64,000 bases of DNA from the human T2T-CHM13v2.0 reference genome, Homo sapiens: assembly GCF_009914755.1 (NCBI RefSeq), contig NC_060929.1; one strand, 5' to 3'. Of the stretch, positions 59,068-64,000 are shown piece after piece; the first letter of the stretch is position 1, and each line of letters starts with the position of its first letter. Both the position numbers and the translations under genes were made by a program. The notes under the pieces are model-generated. The model saw only the letters and a program-made list of their open reading frames with translations. It was not told the origin of the DNA and ran no database searches.

Positions 59068-60479
59068 CTGTGAGTTTGTGTAGAGATAAAGGGCCATACT
59101 TAATGCTTAATGAGTCTGTCCAAATTAATATTCTTTTAATTATTATTAGAGATTTGGCTTCAAATTTCTAATTCACCTTGTAGAAGATGAGCAGCTTAAT
59201 ATAGCATGGTAAGCCATCAGATATATTTTATGCAATTTACAGTGTTTGTTTTCCTGAAAGCTTAATTTTTCATTATCTTATAGTACATAGTAGGTGCAGT
59301 TACAGTACTGGTATGTTTACAGCACATTGATTCCACGTTCCATCATGACTAAATAATATAAATGTGTAAAATGAGATTCAAATGTTAAGACATTCCCAAT
59401 ACCACACACAAGAAAATCTAAAAACATCTTCTTGTTTGCAAATAATCACAAAAAAGCATAGTTCAAAAAATGATAAAACTGATTTTTCCTGTTTCTACTT
59501 ACGTTTGCTGTTGTCTCTTACTGGTATAATCTTTGTCTTTCTCTTTCATGAATTTCCAATCAAGCACTAAGACTCATTTTAAATGTCATTTTTCCCAGCA
59601 AGTATTTTTTGATTGTTCTAGACAAAGCTAATCATTCCCTTAGTACTTGTGAGCATCAACTCACAGTGTTTCAAGCATACTTACAGCAGTCACTAGTGTG
59701 ATTCATGTTAAGGGGAAAATCTGCATCCTACTTATCTTTTTGTACCTTTCACCTAACATATCTCCAGACACTCAGTCAATGCTAACTGAATACTTGTTGA
59801 ATAAATATAAGAAAAAAGTGAAATAATTCATCCTTTTTAAGCATGAATTATGTATCAGGTACTATGCGAGGCAGCAAGCGTATACAAATATTGCCCTTAA
59901 CAGTTGTCATGCTGTTATCAGGATTCTTATTAGTCAGAATCCTCAAGTTATGCCTTTCTGTGTCTTAGAATCTCTATCTGAGCACTTGGGAGAATAGTTG
60001 GAAAATATTGTTTATTGAGGCCAAACACAATACATGTTACTTCCTTTATCCCATAAATGCCAGTGAGAGGATCTCTGCATATGCTGACTTTTCTTTTTTG
60101 CATGCCTCTCTCTCCATAATTATCAGCAATGTGACCCAATATAGCTGCAATGTGCTCCATTTGCATCTTCCCTTACCACTGTTTCTTTTCTCAGCCACCC
60201 TAATCAATAACCTTCCTCATAAGAAGGTTCTGATCACCAAGTACAAAGGTCATTTTTTACTCTATTTTCTTAAACATCTCTACTGCTTAGTACCTCTGCT
60301 TACCTCTACTACTTTATTTTATAAGAATAAACTATTATTTTGTTGTCTTTACTTAGGTAACCCTTTCTGATCACTTATTATGGACTGGATAAGTTGTTTC
60401 AGGCTATATACATTCTTATAATTTAATCTAACAAAGTGTAATTAAGAAAATGTATCTTTATTCCAAAAACTTTGTCTAT

Positions 60480-60620
60480 ATTTTATAAAGGAAGAAACTG
60501 AGGCTCAAAGAAGTGAAAAAATTTGCTCAAACAGCTGTTTATTGGAGGAATTGGGATTCCAATGTAAATCTGCAATCTGATCCCAAACACTCTATATTTT
60601 TAAACCACTGTATCATATCG
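60480..60620 (-). mobile_element. MIR
   Basis: TTTTATAAAGGAAGAAACTGAGGCTCAAAGAAGTGAA core. Confidence 0.7.
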
Positions 60621-62138
60621 ACCCAGCATCTGAGACTACTTCTCTGTCTCTGAATGGGCTGTTCCTTCTTTGTGTTTTTCAATTTGGTGAGTCCTTGTCC
60701 TTGGTTCTGTTATTATAGTAATGCTTTATATACGTTCTCCATATTCTTATGACATTATCTTTCACATTTAGGCTGAATGGTGAAATTTTAAGCCATCCAT
60801 CCAGCTCCTGCTACTTTCTCTGAGTATTGTCTGTCACCTGAAGACCCTGAGGAAAGGTGAACATGACCTTTAACTAATTATAAATGGCTTTACCTCCTAG
60901 CTACATATGATTTGATAAGAGATAAACACCTGATCTAGTCCTTGCAATGTAGTAGCTTCAAGAAAGTTGTTTCTGTTATGTAAATAATTCATACATAAGA
61001 GACAGAGTCATGAGTCCATGCTGCCTAAGAGACAGAGAGGAAACCTAGTTCCTGAATTGCCAGATCTCGGGTCATGTCATTTAGTAGGGTTAGGTTCTAT
61101 ATAGTCATTGACTATATATAGCCAAATCAAGCCTATGAATTCCTCATTATTTTTTTCAGCTAGTTTTAGTAGCCATTATCTTTTGAAGAAAATCACCACT
61201 ATAAAAGAGAGAGAGAGAACTTAGCTGCAAGTATCAAACACTTGAAAGTGAGAAAACATGGAGCAGAGTGAAGTTTCCCTGATTCTAGGACATAAATCTA
61301 TCACCACCAAATAACAGAGTACAAATGAACTGATTAACCTGCCTTCTGAAATTTTCAGGACTCTAGACCTTGTGTTACATTAAGTTAATGTTTTAGGGGA
61401 AGGAAAGACAATAGACTTGTTTATTAGGGGAAAAATCTAGTCTCAGGTTTCTAAACTAATACAAATGTGAAACTGTGGATCTCACACTTTGCTGGAAAAA
61501 GACGCTGTGGTTTGAAGTGATGCCCTGCCAGAAATCAATCATTTATCATTCTAAACTAGGGTATGTATTATTGCTTGACCCATATTTAAAGGGCTACTGA
61601 TAAATATTTACAAGGTCTTGTTGTCACTCTAAAAGGATAAGGTGACAACTGTATAAATTTTATTGGCAAGTAGGATCGTTCTGGCAGGTTAAATAAGGGC
61701 ATATGATAGAGGCGCTTATGGGGCTGTAGAAACACAACTACCTGGATTCTTCTAGTTCATCCTGTCTAGAAGTTTCCTGTAGATATATCCCCTTGTAAGC
61801 TTAATTAGTGCTGCTAAGCCCCAGGGGATCCGAGGAAACAAGCTAAAACACAGTACAGTGGAAAAAGTCTCTGCATCCCATTCTTAAAGAACACTATATA
61901 ACACTGGCTTCCTCAGACAAAAAGAGGCATGGTGCAGGGAGCACTTGGTTGCTAATTGATGAAGCTTTTCTTTTTGGTTATCCTAAAACAGTTACTTGCC
62001 AATCTCCAAGCTAGACTGTGACTCATAGACAGATCTAATCAGAAAAAATAACTGGAAATGGTAGAGGGTCCTGCCCAAGAAGTGAAGTTAAGACAAAACA
62101 CAGCATATGCACGGGAGTGCCTGTAGACGTGCGCACGT

Positions 62139-62162
62139 ACACACACACACACACACACACAC
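62139..62162. repeat. (CA)n microsatellite
   Basis: Directly visible. Confidence 0.93.
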
Positions 62163-63579
62163 CCAAACACAGAGGTTTAGCACATATGGGCACATGCTTT
62201 CATTGAACCAAGGAAAGCAGAGCATCTCAGCTCCTTAGGCAAACAAAACCCTGAAGACAATTTTAATGATGTGGGTATTCACAATTGTACAGCCCTCTCC
62301 AGTACCCTCTCTTTAGAGGAATTTGTAAGCATCAGAGACCAGGAGAGCACTCCTGCTAAATGACCCATGAGACAATCAAATTTTCTAACCAAGATTACCC
62401 TCCCTTGCAGGATGTGGAATTTTCTCTGAACTGATGGCCAAGGCTTGTTGCTGACTTCAGAGATCTCTCCTTAGCCCTATCCATTTCTAGTTTTACAACT
62501 TAGAGAAAATTTCTGACTGATATTCCGCAGCCTTAAAATAAGGGTACAAATAGCACTATGCTCATGAACTATTTGTAAAGACGAAAAGAGTGAACGATTT
62601 TCTGAAGAGCCTCAGCTACATTGCAAGCACATAGAGAAAAAGTTGGCTCTCACAAATGAGGAAAGAAAGCACAGGAGTATGTAATATCATGCACACAATT
62701 ATTCCACTAGCAACGTTGGAAATAAAAAGCAGGTGATCTGATTCCAGAAATTCTTTTATTGACAGCTTTTCATCACCACGTAATTGTACTGTGTCTTTGT
62801 TCAAATGTTATATCTGTTGCATTGGGGATGATTATTTTTTGTATTTAGCTCAAAGTTGGCAGGATAATGAGGAGAAGCACCTGATCTGTCTCAAGGACCA
62901 GAGGAGGAAAAATGACACCTGGAAATAATGCCACTTTGTAACTGGGATACAATATGTGTTGTGGCAGTACATTATCTTCCACTGAGACTGAGTAAATGCA
63001 TTTGTTGGATCATGTTAGGTGGAGGCAAATTTAAATTTGAGTCAAGAGAAAAATATTTTCTAGGCAAAGAATGAAATTTGGTAGAAAGATTTGGAAGTGT
63101 CTATCCATCCTATTCTATTTTCTTATTTTAAAAAAGGAAGAGAGGTTTATTACCCAGGTATATCAATTTTCAACATACAAATGATGACAGAAACCTGGCT
63201 CACAAAGATATAAATAAAGCTATTCAAAGAAATAAATGAACACAAAAGTCATTGTTTCATGGTCTCAAAGAGAAAAAGATTAATATTCAAGATTTTTCTT
63301 TTTAAAGTTGGCTATATTTCCTATTCTTGGGATCCACTGTAATTATTTACAGTGTCCAGTAAATTCCTTGCTTGTTTTACTTAATCTAAGTATTTGTCCA
63401 CCCTTCACTCTCCAAAATTGTCATCTTAGAAAACCCCCCGGCTCAACATGAAGCGCCACATTTATCCTTCTCCCTTTCTCACTTCCTCATCCATCTTCAG
63501 ATTACGTGAGCAACTGTAACTCAACGTGAACAAACCTGAAGTCACCATAGTTTATGCTAACAGTTATAAAACAAGTCCT

Positions 63580-63775
63580 AGACTTAGACTGGTGAGTTGC
63601 TTACTGGCTCTACCACTTTGTGTTTCTTAACATCTCTGTTTCTCATTTTATAACTCTGAAATGAAGACTCTAACCACACTTATTTCAGATGCTTATTTCA
63701 TGAGGTTTAAATGAGATAATGCAAAGAGCAGTGACGTTGTGCATGGTAGGACCAGAATAAATGTCAGCTATTAGC
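63580..63775 (+). mobile_element. MIR
   Basis: GGCTCTACCACTT..CTTAACATCTCTGTTTCTCAT..GAGGTTTAAATGAGATAATGCA. Confidence 0.7.
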
Positions 63776-64000
63776 TGTCATTTACTTCCCTCCTGAATTC
63801 TGTTTATATGCAGCCAGTCATTCCAGTTATTCAACTTCTAAAAATTATCCTTGACACATTCTTCATTCTCATGCCATTATATTCAAACAAGCACTAAGTT
63901 CAGCTATTTTTAATACCTAAATGCTATCAAATCTGTCCCCTTATTTTTACCATGCTTCTTTAGTTCGGATGCTATCTTGATGTAATTTCTCTTTACATAT

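Noticed and set aside
55491-60370. Assorted 60-124 aa ORFs in the right-hand region
   Set aside because: No recognisable domains, many non-ATG starts and no supportable exon structure; consistent with random ORFs.

Overview
AT-rich, repeat-dense primate genomic DNA. It is almost certainly human, because it carries a young AluYb8 with the diagnostic 7-bp insertion. I see no intact protein-coding gene, RNA gene or CRISPR array; nearly all ORFs in the track are shadows of microsatellites, Alus or L1s. Two gene-derived relics stand out. (1) A minus-strand processed pseudogene of ZCCHC10 (~15.2-17.4 kb) carries two small insertions that look like captured alternative splice-site choices. (2) A 3'-truncated PGBD3-family piggyBac transposon (~49.7-51.35 kb, minus strand, inside an old L1) keeps its splice acceptor, two 16-bp palindromes and the ancestral second catalytic Asp. 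The rest is two degenerate ERVL interiors, a pol-deleted ERV1, LTRs, L1s of several ages (two with 5' inversions), several Alus (one close inverted young pair) and microsatellites. I found no evidence of a new biological system; the findings are molecular fossils and candidate polymorphic or regulatory sites. Subfamily names come from recalled consensus sequences and need RepeatMasker/Dfam confirmation.
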